Part shown: positions 28,870 through 38,289 of the stretch, piece by piece | Layout: each line of letters begins with the position of its first letter | Position numbering within the stretch: position 1 is the stretch's first letter | Assembly (NCBI GenBank): GCA_035474295.1 | Contig: DATINL010000036.1 | Span: 14,041 to 78,040, forward strand | DNA from: Solirubrobacteraceae bacterium | GTDB taxonomy: Bacteria > Actinomycetota > Thermoleophilia > Solirubrobacterales > Solirubrobacteraceae | DNA length: 64,000 bases | Direction of reading: 5' to 3' | Made by a program: the position numbers and the translations under genes | Notes under the pieces: model-generated | What the model was told of the DNA's origin: nothing | What the model saw: the letters and a program-made list of their open reading frames with translations, nothing else | Databases searched by the model: none

Positions 28870-29745
28870 GTGCGAGTAGCCACCTGGAACGTCAACTCAA
28901 TCAAGCAGCGGCTGCCGCGATTGCTGAGCTGGCTAGATCAGCGAGCCCCCGACGTCGTTTGTCTCCAGGAGAGCAAGCTCGCCGATGACGCGTTCGACAA
29001 GCTGTTCGGCGACGAGCTCACCAGTCGTGGCTATGAGGTCGCGCGCCACGGCGAAGCGCAATGGAATGGCGTGGCGATCCTCTCCCGCACGGGACTTGAC
29101 GATGTCGTAACCGGACTTGCCGGCGCGCCAGGCTTCCCGCACGCGGAAGCGCGCGCAGTGTCGGCAACCTGCGGCGGTATTCGGGTGCACTCGGTGTACG
29201 TGCCCAACGGGCGCACCCCGGATTCCGAGCACTACGAATACAAGCTCGCTTGGCTGGGTGCGCTGCGCGACGTCGTCGTCGCCGGCCCAGAAGCTGTGCT
29301 GGTGTGCGGCGACATGAACATCGCCCCGGCGGACGTCGATGTGTTCGATCCAGATGCCTACGCCGGCCAAACCCACGTCACACCGCGTGAGCGCGCAGCG
29401 CTCGCCAGTCTCCAGGCGCTGGGCCTGCGCGACGTCGTACGCGATCGCTGGCCATCCGAGCGCGTGTTCACGTTCTGGGACTACCGGGCAGGCATGTTCC
29501 ATCGGGATTTGGGCATGCGGATCGACCTGGTGCTCGCCCCCGCCGCCGTAGCCGCCAGGGTTCGCGCAGCCTGGGTGGACCGGCAAGCCCGCAAGGGCAC
29601 CGCGCCCAGCGATCATGCGCCGGTGATCGTCGATCTTGATGCCGCGCCGGACGGGGACATAGGACCGGTCGTACCGCCGCCCTCCGCTCCGGCGCTCAAG
29701 CGTGGTTCGCTCGAGCTCAGGCTGCCCCAGTCCCCGGCTACCTGA
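28870..29745 (+). CDS. xth: Exodeoxyribonuclease III / AP endonuclease
   Basis: ATWNVNS, CLQESK, WNGVAIL, YVPNG, GDMN, RIDL, PSDHAP. Confidence 0.93.
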   Translation: MRVATWNVNSIKQRLPRLLSWLDQRAPDVVCLQESKLADDAFDKLFGDELTSRGYEVARHGEAQWNGVAILSRTGLDDVVTGLAGAPGFPHAEARAVSATCGGIRVHSVYVPNGRTPDSEHYEYKLAWLGALRDVVVAGPEAVLVCGDMNIAPADVDVFDPDAYAGQTHVTPRERAALASLQALGLRDVVRDRWPSERVFTFWDYRAGMFHRDLGMRIDLVLAPAAVAARVRAAWVDRQARKGTAPSDHAPVIVDLDAAPDGDIGPVVPPPSAPALKRGSLELRLPQSPAT

Positions 29746-29763
29746 TGGAGCTCTTGGCTTGAC

Positions 29764-30566
29764 CTTCACCGTCGACTACTGAGGTTTGCGCACAGCAGCA
29801 CCCGCCGGCCCCGTCGAGCTGAGCGCGCCGTCCCCGCGGGCATCGAGTGCTGGACGTTTGTTCTAAGAGCCCACCGCAACTGAGCTCGCACAGCTACGTT
29901 CTCGATGTACAGGTATGCGCTCTCCTCGTGTCTCCCTCATGCCGCTCCTGGTGCTGTGCGTCTCCGGCTCGTGTCTTCTGCCCGTCGCCGACGCCTCAGC
30001 CAACACCAGCCATGCCGGCTGGCCGCGCATCACCGGCGTGCTGATCCTCAACTCGCTCGACCACGCACGCCCGATCGATCTGCGCCCCGGCCATGACCCG
30101 TTCGACGGCACCGACCCCACGTACTCCTGCGACCAGCTGCATACGCGCCGTGTGTGCTTCCCGGGCCACGGCCCGGCCGTCGTGCCCAGCGATATCGGCC
30201 ACGACGAGCTGCTCGGCGGCCACGGCAACGACAGGATCTACGCCGGCCCGGAAGGCGACGTTCTATGGGGCGACTACAAGCCCTCGAGCCAGCCCACCAC
30301 CCAGACCGACCACCTGTTCGGCGGCCCGGGCAATGACTTCATCTACGCCAGCCACGGCATCAACGACATCGACACCGGGCCTGGCCGCGACATCGTGCAT
30401 GCTCATTTCGGGCGCGGCAGGATCACGTGCGGCTCGTCTGCCACCATCGTGTTCCTGAGCCATAAGAGCCGCCCTCACTATCGGCTCACCGGCTGCAAGC
30501 GCATCAGTTACTTCACCGTCGGCTACTGAGGTTTGGATCGCCAGCAGCCTGCCCGTCGAGCTGAGT
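29764..30566 (+). repeat. Direct repeats (25 bp at 24/25 identity plus imperfect extension) flanking one gene
   Basis: CTTCACCGTCG[A/G]CTACTGAGGTTTG at 29764-29788 and 30511-30535, both followed by CAGCAGC...CCCGTCGAGCTGAG. Confidence 0.85.
29915..30529 (+). CDS. Secreted protein with hemolysin-type (RTX) Ca-binding repeats
   Basis: Signal-peptide-like N-terminus; GGHGNDRIYAG, GGPGNDFIYAS, GINDIDTGPGRDIV. Confidence 0.8.
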   Translation: MRSPRVSLMPLLVLCVSGSCLLPVADASANTSHAGWPRITGVLILNSLDHARPIDLRPGHDPFDGTDPTYSCDQLHTRRVCFPGHGPAVVPSDIGHDELLGGHGNDRIYAGPEGDVLWGDYKPSSQPTTQTDHLFGGPGNDFIYASHGINDIDTGPGRDIVHAHFGRGRITCGSSATIVFLSHKSRPHYRLTGCKRISYFTVGY

Positions 30567-31034
30567 ACCGCTGGCCTCGTCGAGTGCCGGTCCCGGTCGA
30601 GCGTGGCGCCCGTCGAGTGAGCGCCCGCCGCACAGGCGTGGCCCGGCCGTAGAAGTCCGCCCCTCGAGCCCGCCTCCTCGCTCCCGCCAGAAGCTAGCCC
30701 ACATATTCGATTATGCGCCTAAACGAATGATGCAGCGCTCAAGTCGGCTGGCTAAAACGCCGAACGCGTAGTCGAGGAGCTTTTGCCCAGGCATTTCCGC
30801 GTGGCAGGGCCGAAGATCTTCGCGGCGCCGCTCGGCACGGGCGGAGTCGTACGGCATCTCAAAGACGGGAGCAACGCAGTGCGCGGGATCACCCAAGCCG
30901 GCTATCGCTCGCACGCCTCACAGGGGAGTTCAGGCACGCGCGATTCGCACGACCCCGCCGGCGCTCGTCAACCGCCCGATGCGACTGTGTTGAAAACACC
31001 CAACGCGGCCGTATCGAAGAGTAAGCTCGCGCGA

Positions 31035-32549
31035 ATGGGGATGGGCATGCAGGACAATTCGGGCGCTCCGCCGTCGCAGAACCCCTGGGTCCGGTTAGCC
31101 CCGTGGGGCTTGCTGCTGCTACTGAGCGTTTACGCGTCGCTTGTCACGAGCGGCGTGCTCTCGGCCCTCAGCGTGCTGCTGCTCGCCTGCATCGCCGTGT
31201 TCCTCGGCTGGCGTGTCGGCAACGACCGGCGCGTTGCGCTCGAGCGTGAGATCGGCAACCGCTCGAACGAGCTGCGTCGCGCGCTCACCGAGCTGGAGAT
31301 CGCCCAAGCCGAAACCGTGCGCCGCCTGTCGATGGCGGTTGAGTTCCGCGATGAGGACACCGGTGCGCACATCGAGCGCATCGGGCGATTCTCCACGCTG
31401 CTCGCCGAGCAGATGAGCATGGAACCCGACTTCCTCGAGCTGCTCGGCCACGCTGCGCCGCTGCACGACGTCGGCAAGGTGGCGATCCCCGACGCGATCC
31501 TGCTGAAACCCGGCTCGCTCACGCCCGAGGAGCGCGCGATCGTGGAAACCCACGCCGAGGAAGGCTATCGGCTGCTGCGCGGCTCCTCCTCGTCGATTCT
31601 CGACCTCGCCGCGACGATCGCGCTCAGCCACCACGAGAAGTGGGACGGCTCCGGCTACCCACGCGGGCTTGCCGGCGAATCGATCCCGATCGAAGGACGC
31701 ATCGTGGCGATCGCGGATGTGTTCGACGCGCTCACCAGTGACCGTGTTTATCGGAAAGCATTCCCTGTAGAAAAAGCTGTTGAGATGATGCTCGAGCAAC
31801 GCGCTCTGCACTTCGACCCGTTGCTGCTCGACGCGTTCATGGAAGTGCTCGGCGCCACTGGCCCCGACGCGCGCGCCAAATCTAAGCCCGACCCGCGCGC
31901 GCTGATCGCCGACGCGCTCGACGCGTACACGATCGCCATGGAACGCGGCGACGCCGAATCCGCTGAAACCACGATCGCCCAGGCGATCGAAGACGGTCTC
32001 GCGCCGGCCACGCTGCACGGTGAGGTCATCGCCCCCGCGATGGACCGCATTGGCGAGCTCGGCGACTCCGGGGAGCTTGACGCTGAAGCGGAGCAACTCG
32101 CTGCCGGTATCACCCGGCGGATCCTCGCGACGATGTACCGCTACATGCTCGGCGCCACCGAGCCGACACGCGAACGCGTGCTGCTCGCCGGTGTCGAAAG
32201 TCCCACGCACAAGCTGAGCCTGCAGATGGTCCACGACCAGCTCTCCGCGGCCGGGTTCCAAACCACGCTCGACACCGATCTCACCGAAGACCGACTCAGC
32301 ACGGTCATGGAAACGAAATCCCCTGAGCTGATCGTGCTTGGCGCGAGCGACCCCGCCGAAGTGCAAGCGCTCGAGCGCATCATCGGTGAGCTGCGCAAAA
32401 CCCACCCCGCCGTGCCGATCGTGCTCGGCGGCGCGGTGCTCGCGGATCTGCCGCGCCGCCATCAGAACGTGCAAGTGCTGGAGCGCATCGACGAATCGGT
32501 GCCGGCCGTCGAGCAGCTGCTCACGGCGCGCTCTCACGCGCTCGGCTAG
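31035..32549 (+). CDS. Membrane-anchored HD-GYP phosphodiesterase with C-terminal cobalamin-binding-like domains
   Basis: Two TM helices; DTGAHIERI, LHDVGK, HHEKWDGSGYP, ADVFDALTS; helical cap plus Rossmann domain (VLLAGVE..H, IVLGG). Confidence 0.85.
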   Translation: MGMGMQDNSGAPPSQNPWVRLAPWGLLLLLSVYASLVTSGVLSALSVLLLACIAVFLGWRVGNDRRVALEREIGNRSNELRRALTELEIAQAETVRRLSMAVEFRDEDTGAHIERIGRFSTLLAEQMSMEPDFLELLGHAAPLHDVGKVAIPDAILLKPGSLTPEERAIVETHAEEGYRLLRGSSSSILDLAATIALSHHEKWDGSGYPRGLAGESIPIEGRIVAIADVFDALTSDRVYRKAFPVEKAVEMMLEQRALHFDPLLLDAFMEVLGATGPDARAKSKPDPRALIADALDAYTIAMERGDAESAETTIAQAIEDGLAPATLHGEVIAPAMDRIGELGDSGELDAEAEQLAAGITRRILATMYRYMLGATEPTRERVLLAGVESPTHKLSLQMVHDQLSAAGFQTTLDTDLTEDRLSTVMETKSPELIVLGASDPAEVQALERIIGELRKTHPAVPIVLGGAVLADLPRRHQNVQVLERIDESVPAVEQLLTARSHALG

Positions 32550-32559
32550 ATTCCCGCTC

Positions 32560-33528
32560 ATGCCAGATCGCGCAATCGTGACCGGCGGCGCCGGGTTCAT
32601 CGGCTCGCACGTCGTCGACTCCCTGCTTGCCCAGCGGTGTGCCGTGACGGTGATCGACGATCTCTCCTCTGGCGACCCGGCGCGCGTTGCCCCCAGCGCC
32701 GATCTACACGAGCTCGACATCGTCGACAAACCCGCTCTCGACGCGCTCATCGAGCGCGTGCGTCCCGATGCGATCTATCACCTCGCGGCGCAATCCAGCG
32801 TTGTTGTCTCCGTAAAGAACCCTACGCTCGACTGCGCCGTCAACGTGCAGGGCACGCTTAACGTGCTCGAAGCAGCCAACCGCCTGGGAGTGTCTGTCGT
32901 GTTCACCTCCACCGGCGGCGCGCTGTACGGCGACGACGCGCCGCTGCCAACGCCGGAGGAGCGCATCCCCGCGCCGCTCGCACCCTATGGCGCGTCGAAG
33001 TGGGCTGCTGAAGCGTACGTCAACACCTGGTCGCTCTCCTCTGGTATCCCGCACGCGGTCTGCCGCCTCGGCAACGTATATGGCCCGCGTCAATCCCCCC
33101 ACGGCGAAGCCGGCGTGGTGTCGATCTTCACCCACCACCTGCACACGCGCAAGCGCCCGAAGCTGTTCGGGCACGGCAAGCCGACACGTGACTACGTCTA
33201 CGTGTCGGATGTCGTCAGCGCGCTGCTCGCAGCGTCTGGCACGCGCGGCACGTTCAACATCGCCACAGGTGTTGAAACCGACGTGCTCACGGTTTGGCAG
33301 GAGCTGCAGCGCGCGGCGCGCACCAACGCTCGCTGCGCTGCTGACAGCGCCCCCGTGGTAGACATCAACCCCGAGCTGGCCGACCTGCGCCCGGGCGAGC
33401 TCGAGCGCAGCTGTCTCGACACCGCGAAAGCCGCACGCGAGCTCGGCTGGCACGCGGAAGTCGCGCTCAGCGACGGCCTGCAGCTGACCTACCGCGCGCT
33501 CGTCGACGAGTTCGACCGCTCGAAGTAG
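32560..33528 (+). CDS. NAD-dependent epimerase/dehydratase (UDP-glucose 4-epimerase-like)
   Basis: TGGAGFIGSH, HLAAQ, STGGALYG, YGASK, NVYGPRQ, TRDYVYV. Confidence 0.92.
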   Translation: MPDRAIVTGGAGFIGSHVVDSLLAQRCAVTVIDDLSSGDPARVAPSADLHELDIVDKPALDALIERVRPDAIYHLAAQSSVVVSVKNPTLDCAVNVQGTLNVLEAANRLGVSVVFTSTGGALYGDDAPLPTPEERIPAPLAPYGASKWAAEAYVNTWSLSSGIPHAVCRLGNVYGPRQSPHGEAGVVSIFTHHLHTRKRPKLFGHGKPTRDYVYVSDVVSALLAASGTRGTFNIATGVETDVLTVWQELQRAARTNARCAADSAPVVDINPELADLRPGELERSCLDTAKAARELGWHAEVALSDGLQLTYRALVDEFDRSK

Positions 33529-33650
33529 CACGCTGTCTGGCTGCAAGATCCGTTGCAAAAGCAGGTAGTGCGCACTCGCAGCACTGCCTAACGGGTTAGA
33601 GGTTGCGCAATCGCGCACGCTGCGCGCACCTGATCGTGGAGACCCCGAGG

Positions 33651-34664
33651 ATGAGCACAATGAGGTGTGCTAGGAAGGCAACCTTGGCTGTGCTGGCCAT
33701 GACGGCCGCCACCACGAGCTGCGCAACCGCGCCGATCGCGCGCGCAGACGCTGCGGGCGGCGCTCAAGCGCCGTCGCACACGCTCACCGGCGGCAGCGAG
33801 TATGGGGTGACTGTCGCCATAGCCGCGCGTACGCGCCCGCGCATAACCAGGTTCTCGGTGCCCGCCACATCCGTCGCAGGCGCACCGCCGCGAGTCACGC
33901 TGCGCATCGACGAACCGCACGTCGGCACTGTCAACGCCCAGGTTGTCGTGATCAGCATTGCGCTGCACAAGCGTGCGCTGACCGCCAACCTGGGGTGGGT
34001 GCACACCGGTAGAACCGTCGTCGTGCGCTGGCCGCGCAGAGCAAAGCTCACCGCCGGCGCCTACCAGGTGAGCTTGCGCGCTCACGACCACCACCACGCA
34101 ACGCTCGCACGCCGCGCGCATACCTCGGGCACGGCGAACCTCACGGTCACCCCGCGCCCGGCACCTGCACCTGCGCAACCCGCGCCAGCCCCACTCACGC
34201 CGCTGCCCGTTGGAGCCCCCACGCCGGCGCAAACCGCCGGCGCAACGTTCCCCGTCGTCGGCGCGCACAGCTTCGGCAACGCCGACAACCGCTTCGGCGC
34301 TGGCCGCGCCGGTCACACCCACCAAGGCCAGGACATCCTCGCAGCCCAGGGTCTGCCGGTCGTGGCGCCGCTCGCCGGCACGATCACCACGACCGGCTAC
34401 CAGGCGTCCGGAGCGGGGTACTACGCGGTCGAGCACGCATCCAACGGGTTCGACTTCTTCTTCGCCCACTGCACAGCCGGGTCGCTCGCGGTCAGCCCCA
34501 ACCAGCCTGTCACAGCCGCCCAGCCGGTGTGCGCGGTCGGTCAAACCGGCGACGCCACCGCGCCGCACCTGCATTTCGAGATCTGGGTCGGCGGCTGGCA
34601 CGCAGCTGGTGGGCAGCCGATCGACCCGCTGCCGTACCTGCAGGCGTGGGACACGAGCCGGTAG
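33651..34664 (+). CDS. Secreted M23 family peptidase
   Basis: Signal-peptide-like start; HQGQD (HxxxD), FAHC, VGQTG, PHLHFEI, IDPLPYL. Confidence 0.9.
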   Translation: MSTMRCARKATLAVLAMTAATTSCATAPIARADAAGGAQAPSHTLTGGSEYGVTVAIAARTRPRITRFSVPATSVAGAPPRVTLRIDEPHVGTVNAQVVVISIALHKRALTANLGWVHTGRTVVVRWPRRAKLTAGAYQVSLRAHDHHHATLARRAHTSGTANLTVTPRPAPAPAQPAPAPLTPLPVGAPTPAQTAGATFPVVGAHSFGNADNRFGAGRAGHTHQGQDILAAQGLPVVAPLAGTITTTGYQASGAGYYAVEHASNGFDFFFAHCTAGSLAVSPNQPVTAAQPVCAVGQTGDATAPHLHFEIWVGGWHAAGGQPIDPLPYLQAWDTSR

Positions 34665-34677
34665 CATCTCCCGTCGC

Positions 34678-34750
34678 GGCGAGATAGCTCAGTTGGTAGA
34701 GCACACGACTGAAAATCGTGGTGTCCCGGGTTCGAATCCCGGTCTCGCCA
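34678..34750 (+). tRNA. tRNA-Phe (GAA)
   Basis: Cloverleaf GGCGAGA acceptor / TCTCGCC, D-arm AGCTCAGTTGGTAGAGC, anticodon stem CACGA-CTGAAAA-TCGTG, T-loop GTTCGAATC; CCA not encoded. Confidence 0.97.
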
Positions 34751-34833
34751 TACCACGAACTCGCTGTAAACCGGCGCTTTTGATTTCTCTCGTCGCGGTC
34801 TTTTCGCGGCGGTTTTGGACAGTTTTTGCGGTC

Positions 34834-34855
34834 CGTGGCCCAATCGTGGCCCAAT
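34834..34855. repeat. 11-bp tandem repeat CGTGGCCCAAT x2, resembling integrase arm-type sites next to the tRNA
   Basis: Exact tandem about 85 bp downstream of the tRNA 3' end, after T-rich tracts. Confidence 0.5.
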
Positions 34856-34939
34856 GGAGGGTTCTTCGCCGGTTAGGGTGAGCCCGGCGACCTGCTCGCG
34901 GGCTTTGCGCACGAGCTTGTCGAAGCTCTCGCCGTGGCT

Positions 34940-35378
34940 GCCCGGGGGGCCACCCGCGAGCTTTTCGGTGCAAATGGCGAGGTCGGTCGTCCGCGCGCGC
35001 CGTACTGATTGGGCCGCCCCTGCACCAGGACGTAGAGGCTGGCGTCACGCAGCGACGCGTTGCCCGACAGGTCAATCCGGTTCAGATGGCGCTCCGCGGC
35101 GGCACCCCCAACACTGGGACAGCGTCGCCAAGGGCGAGCGCCGCGAACCGCTCGGCGACGGTCGCCACCGTGCCAGGACTACTCGAAGTCTTTGCCTCGA
35201 TTACCCACCGTCGCCCGCCGGCGTCGACCACCACATCAACACCACGATCAACGGGCTCGGAGATCAGAGCACGGGCGGACTCCCGCTCGTCAAAGAGTTC
35301 GGCAAGGATGCTCGGCAGCCGATGGACGGCTTCACGTTCAAACTCCACAGCTTGCATTCGAAAGTCCAGTTGTCGCAC
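34940..35378 (-). pseudogene. Type IV toxin-antitoxin AbiEi-like antitoxin (restriction-endonuclease-like N-terminus), frameshifted and truncated
   Basis: VDVVVDAGGRRWVIEAKTSS...VPVL, then in another frame ERHLNRIDLSGNASLRDASLYVLVQGRPNQY..RGRPTSPFAPKSSRVA. Confidence 0.65.
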
Positions 35379-35775
35379 GGGGCAATGAGTTCAGTAGAAA
35401 CAACAGTTGTGTAAAAGACATGCATTGCGCATCGATACAACTCGCCGAATGCGAGCACGCAATGCCCTGCCGACTCCGACGCCGGTGTGGCTGACCTCGA
35501 ATCTCGACGCGGTGACAAACGGGGTCCAAGCGTCGAGCGCGAGCCTCATTCCAAACGATTGGGCCACCGATCTCGCTGGGCGGACGGATCCTCGATGTCT
35601 TCATTGAGATTTGGGCGATCACCGTCATAGCAGCGCTCGCCGGCGCACTCGGCAGCTTTCTTCAAATGCGGGGCCGGGAGATGGAAGAGGCACGCTGAGC
35701 GACCACGCTGCGCGGCTCCCTCGGGCCTACATGCCGTCGCGGCCGCGGCGTCTGCAGCCGAATATTCGGCCTGGC

Positions 35776-37224
35776 TCAGCCGTCGACGAGCAGGCTGTCA
35801 AGGGGCCCCAGGAGGCCCATCGAGTGGCGCGAGACGCCGGGCAGCTCTTGGAGTCGATGGGTTAGGGGTTCGCCGCGCTTTCGGCGCTCGAGTTGCTCGC
35901 GGGCGATCGGCCGCCATAATTCGTCGATCACCCGGGTCGGCTCGCCTGAGACCTCCTCGACCGAGCGCTCCAGATGCTCGGCCCAGAGCCGCAGCCGCGT
36001 CTCGCGCGCGACGGTGTGGTCGCACGTCACGACATTCATCTCGGTGTCGTTGAAGAACGAGTGCTCGTTGAGGTTGGCCGACCCAACGGTCAGCCAGGCG
36101 TCGTCGACGATACCGATCTTGGCGTGAACGTATAGCGGGCCGGTGAGCCCCCCGCTGCGGGCTGAGATTGTCGTAGCCAGAAAGCGAGCTGCGCCGTTGT
36201 CGGCAGCCGCCAAGACACCCAGCTGGCCGCGCGTCGTGTCCGCCCCATTGTTCGGCTTCGCGGGCAGCAACACGACAACGCGAAAGTCATCGCTCGGCGG
36301 CTTGCGAAGCTTGTCGGCGAGGATCTCCACCACCTGAGCCGACCACAGGAACTGACTCTCTAGGTAAACGAGCTTGCGAGCCGACCGCAGTGCGCGTGTG
36401 TACGCCTCCAAGATGCGAAAGTCACCCTGCGGCAGGAAGTTGTAGATCTTCTCAGGGAGGGTTCGCACCACCTGGAGCTCCACGTCGCCGGCGACGGCCG
36501 GCGACGTGGTCTCCTCGATTTGCTCGCCGGCCACTTCGCGCCAACGGGCGGCGAAGTGCGCCGCCACATCGGCGACTGCCGGGCCGCGCACGCGGCTGGA
36601 AGCATCGTGCCAGCCCAGACGGCCGCGCATTAAGTGGTCACTGCTGTCAAAACGATCGCCGCCGAGCGACGTCAGGTCGATACCCCCAACGAACGCGACC
36701 TCGCCATCCACGATCACGAGCTTCTCGTGATGACAGTGCATCGGGCGCTCGTGGAAATCAAGCGCACACTGCACGCGCGTGCCCCGGATGAGCTCCTCAC
36801 GCACGCGGCGCACCGCCGCGCGAGCCGGCGTAAAGACCGGCAGCGGCGCACCCGCCCACAACAAGATCCTGACCTCGACTCGCTCGGCCAAATCACCGAG
36901 CAGATCGCGCAGCCGAGACGCCTGGCTGTCGCGCGTCAGCCCGAAATCAGGTGTCACGTGCCACCCGGCGATATGCGCATGCAAGCGAGCGCCGGCGAGC
37001 GCCTCGGCGATGCGCGGCAGCGCTTCCCCACCGTCAACCAACACTTCAAGTGAGCTGCCCGTGCGCGGCGGCGGATCGCCGGCAGCCCACAGCGACGAGC
37101 TGGGAGGCGGATTCAACTGGTCGCTCCGGCCAACACGCGCCAGCCGGCGACGATGATGCCCACCGACAGCGACCTCGATGCCCCGACCTGTCCACCCATC
37201 GACTCGCTCAACCAAGCCACCCAT
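35776..37224 (-). CDS. Phospholipase D family protein
   Basis: Two HKD motifs HHEKLVIVD and HAKIGIVD, GGIDL, GSANLN. Confidence 0.9.
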   Translation of the reverse strand: MGGLVERVDGWTGRGIEVAVGGHHRRRLARVGRSDQLNPPPSSSLWAAGDPPPRTGSSLEVLVDGGEALPRIAEALAGARLHAHIAGWHVTPDFGLTRDSQASRLRDLLGDLAERVEVRILLWAGAPLPVFTPARAAVRRVREELIRGTRVQCALDFHERPMHCHHEKLVIVDGEVAFVGGIDLTSLGGDRFDSSDHLMRGRLGWHDASSRVRGPAVADVAAHFAARWREVAGEQIEETTSPAVAGDVELQVVRTLPEKIYNFLPQGDFRILEAYTRALRSARKLVYLESQFLWSAQVVEILADKLRKPPSDDFRVVVLLPAKPNNGADTTRGQLGVLAAADNGAARFLATTISARSGGLTGPLYVHAKIGIVDDAWLTVGSANLNEHSFFNDTEMNVVTCDHTVARETRLRLWAEHLERSVEEVSGEPTRVIDELWRPIAREQLERRKRGEPLTHRLQELPGVSRHSMGLLGPLDSLLVDG

Positions 37225-37249
37225 CTACCCACGGAGCCTACCCACAGTG

Positions 37250-38121
37250 CCCAGAGGAGCTTCGCTACGTACCACACCAGGGGCTGCGTCGCAGTCCAGA
37301 GTTGGTCGTCGTCGAGCCGGCGTACGACGCGCGCGACACACGGCCGGGATCGAAGTCACCTCTGCACCGACGCCACCGACCGTGCACTCGTCGACGCCGC
37401 GCTCGACTGGGCAGCTACCGCTCGACGGCGTCAGTCGCCTACCTACGGCGCGCTCCCCCACCGCCCGAGCTCGAGCCGCTTTTTCCCACGCTCCCCGTCC
37501 TCCGTGAAGCGCTTGACCCCGCATTCTCCCGGCACGGATTGCGCGGCCGCCGCTCAAAGCTTCCGGCAAATCTCAGCCACCCCGCCTGCATGATCCGATC
37601 AACTTCGCCGCCGGCTGCGGCGGCTCTTCGGTCTCGGCGTCCGAGCCGAAGTGATCCGCGTCCTGCTGACCATCCGAGCACCGCGTCTTTCGAGCGGCGT
37701 CATCAACGCCGCCGCTGGCTTCGCCCAGCGCAATGTCCGCGAAGGCCTCTCCCACCTCCACGAGGCGGGAGTCATCGACGTCGTCCACGTTTCCGACAAC
37801 CGCTACTACTCCATCAGCCCAGCTGACTGGGTCGCCCCGCTGCGCCTGCGCTCCGCCCCGGACCTGCCTTTCCACTTTGACTGGATCCCCGCCTACCGCG
37901 CACTGACCGGAATTTTGCGCTGGCTCCAGCAATAAGAGCTCGACGAGCTCTCCCCGTATCTTCTCTCGAGCTACGCCCGAACGCTCCTGGACGACATCGC
38001 GCCCGATCTCGGCTACGTCGGCGTCCCGACAGGTCTCCACGGCGCCCACGGCGCGGACTACTGGGATCAGTTCACCTCGATCGCGCAGACGGCGATCCGA
38101 AGCATTCGCGGCCACGCATAG
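37250..38121 (+). pseudogene. Degraded hypothetical gene with winged-helix region
   Basis: Protein-like blocks in different frames (TDRALVDAALDW; LEPLFPTLPVL; RLRRLFGLGVRAEVIRVLL...VREGLSHLHEAGVI); in-frame TAA at 37933 followed by continuing ELDELSPYLL...; boundaries approximate. Confidence 0.5.
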
Positions 38122-38289
38122 CTGCACAACCATCCTCGACGAATGCTGGCGCCCATCATTTCGCTCGATACATCGATCCCAGATGATCGGGCCACGAGAA
38201 GACCTCTCATGGCCCGGCAGAATAAGCATAGGATGTTGACGCGCTTTTGGCGGGTCGAGTGAGTCAAGAGATGATCGGAACGGCATGAC

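Noticed and set aside
34860-35080. Integrase remnant next to the tRNA
   Set aside because: No tyrosine or serine recombinase motifs in any frame; most of it translates as the continuation of the AbiEi-like pseudogene
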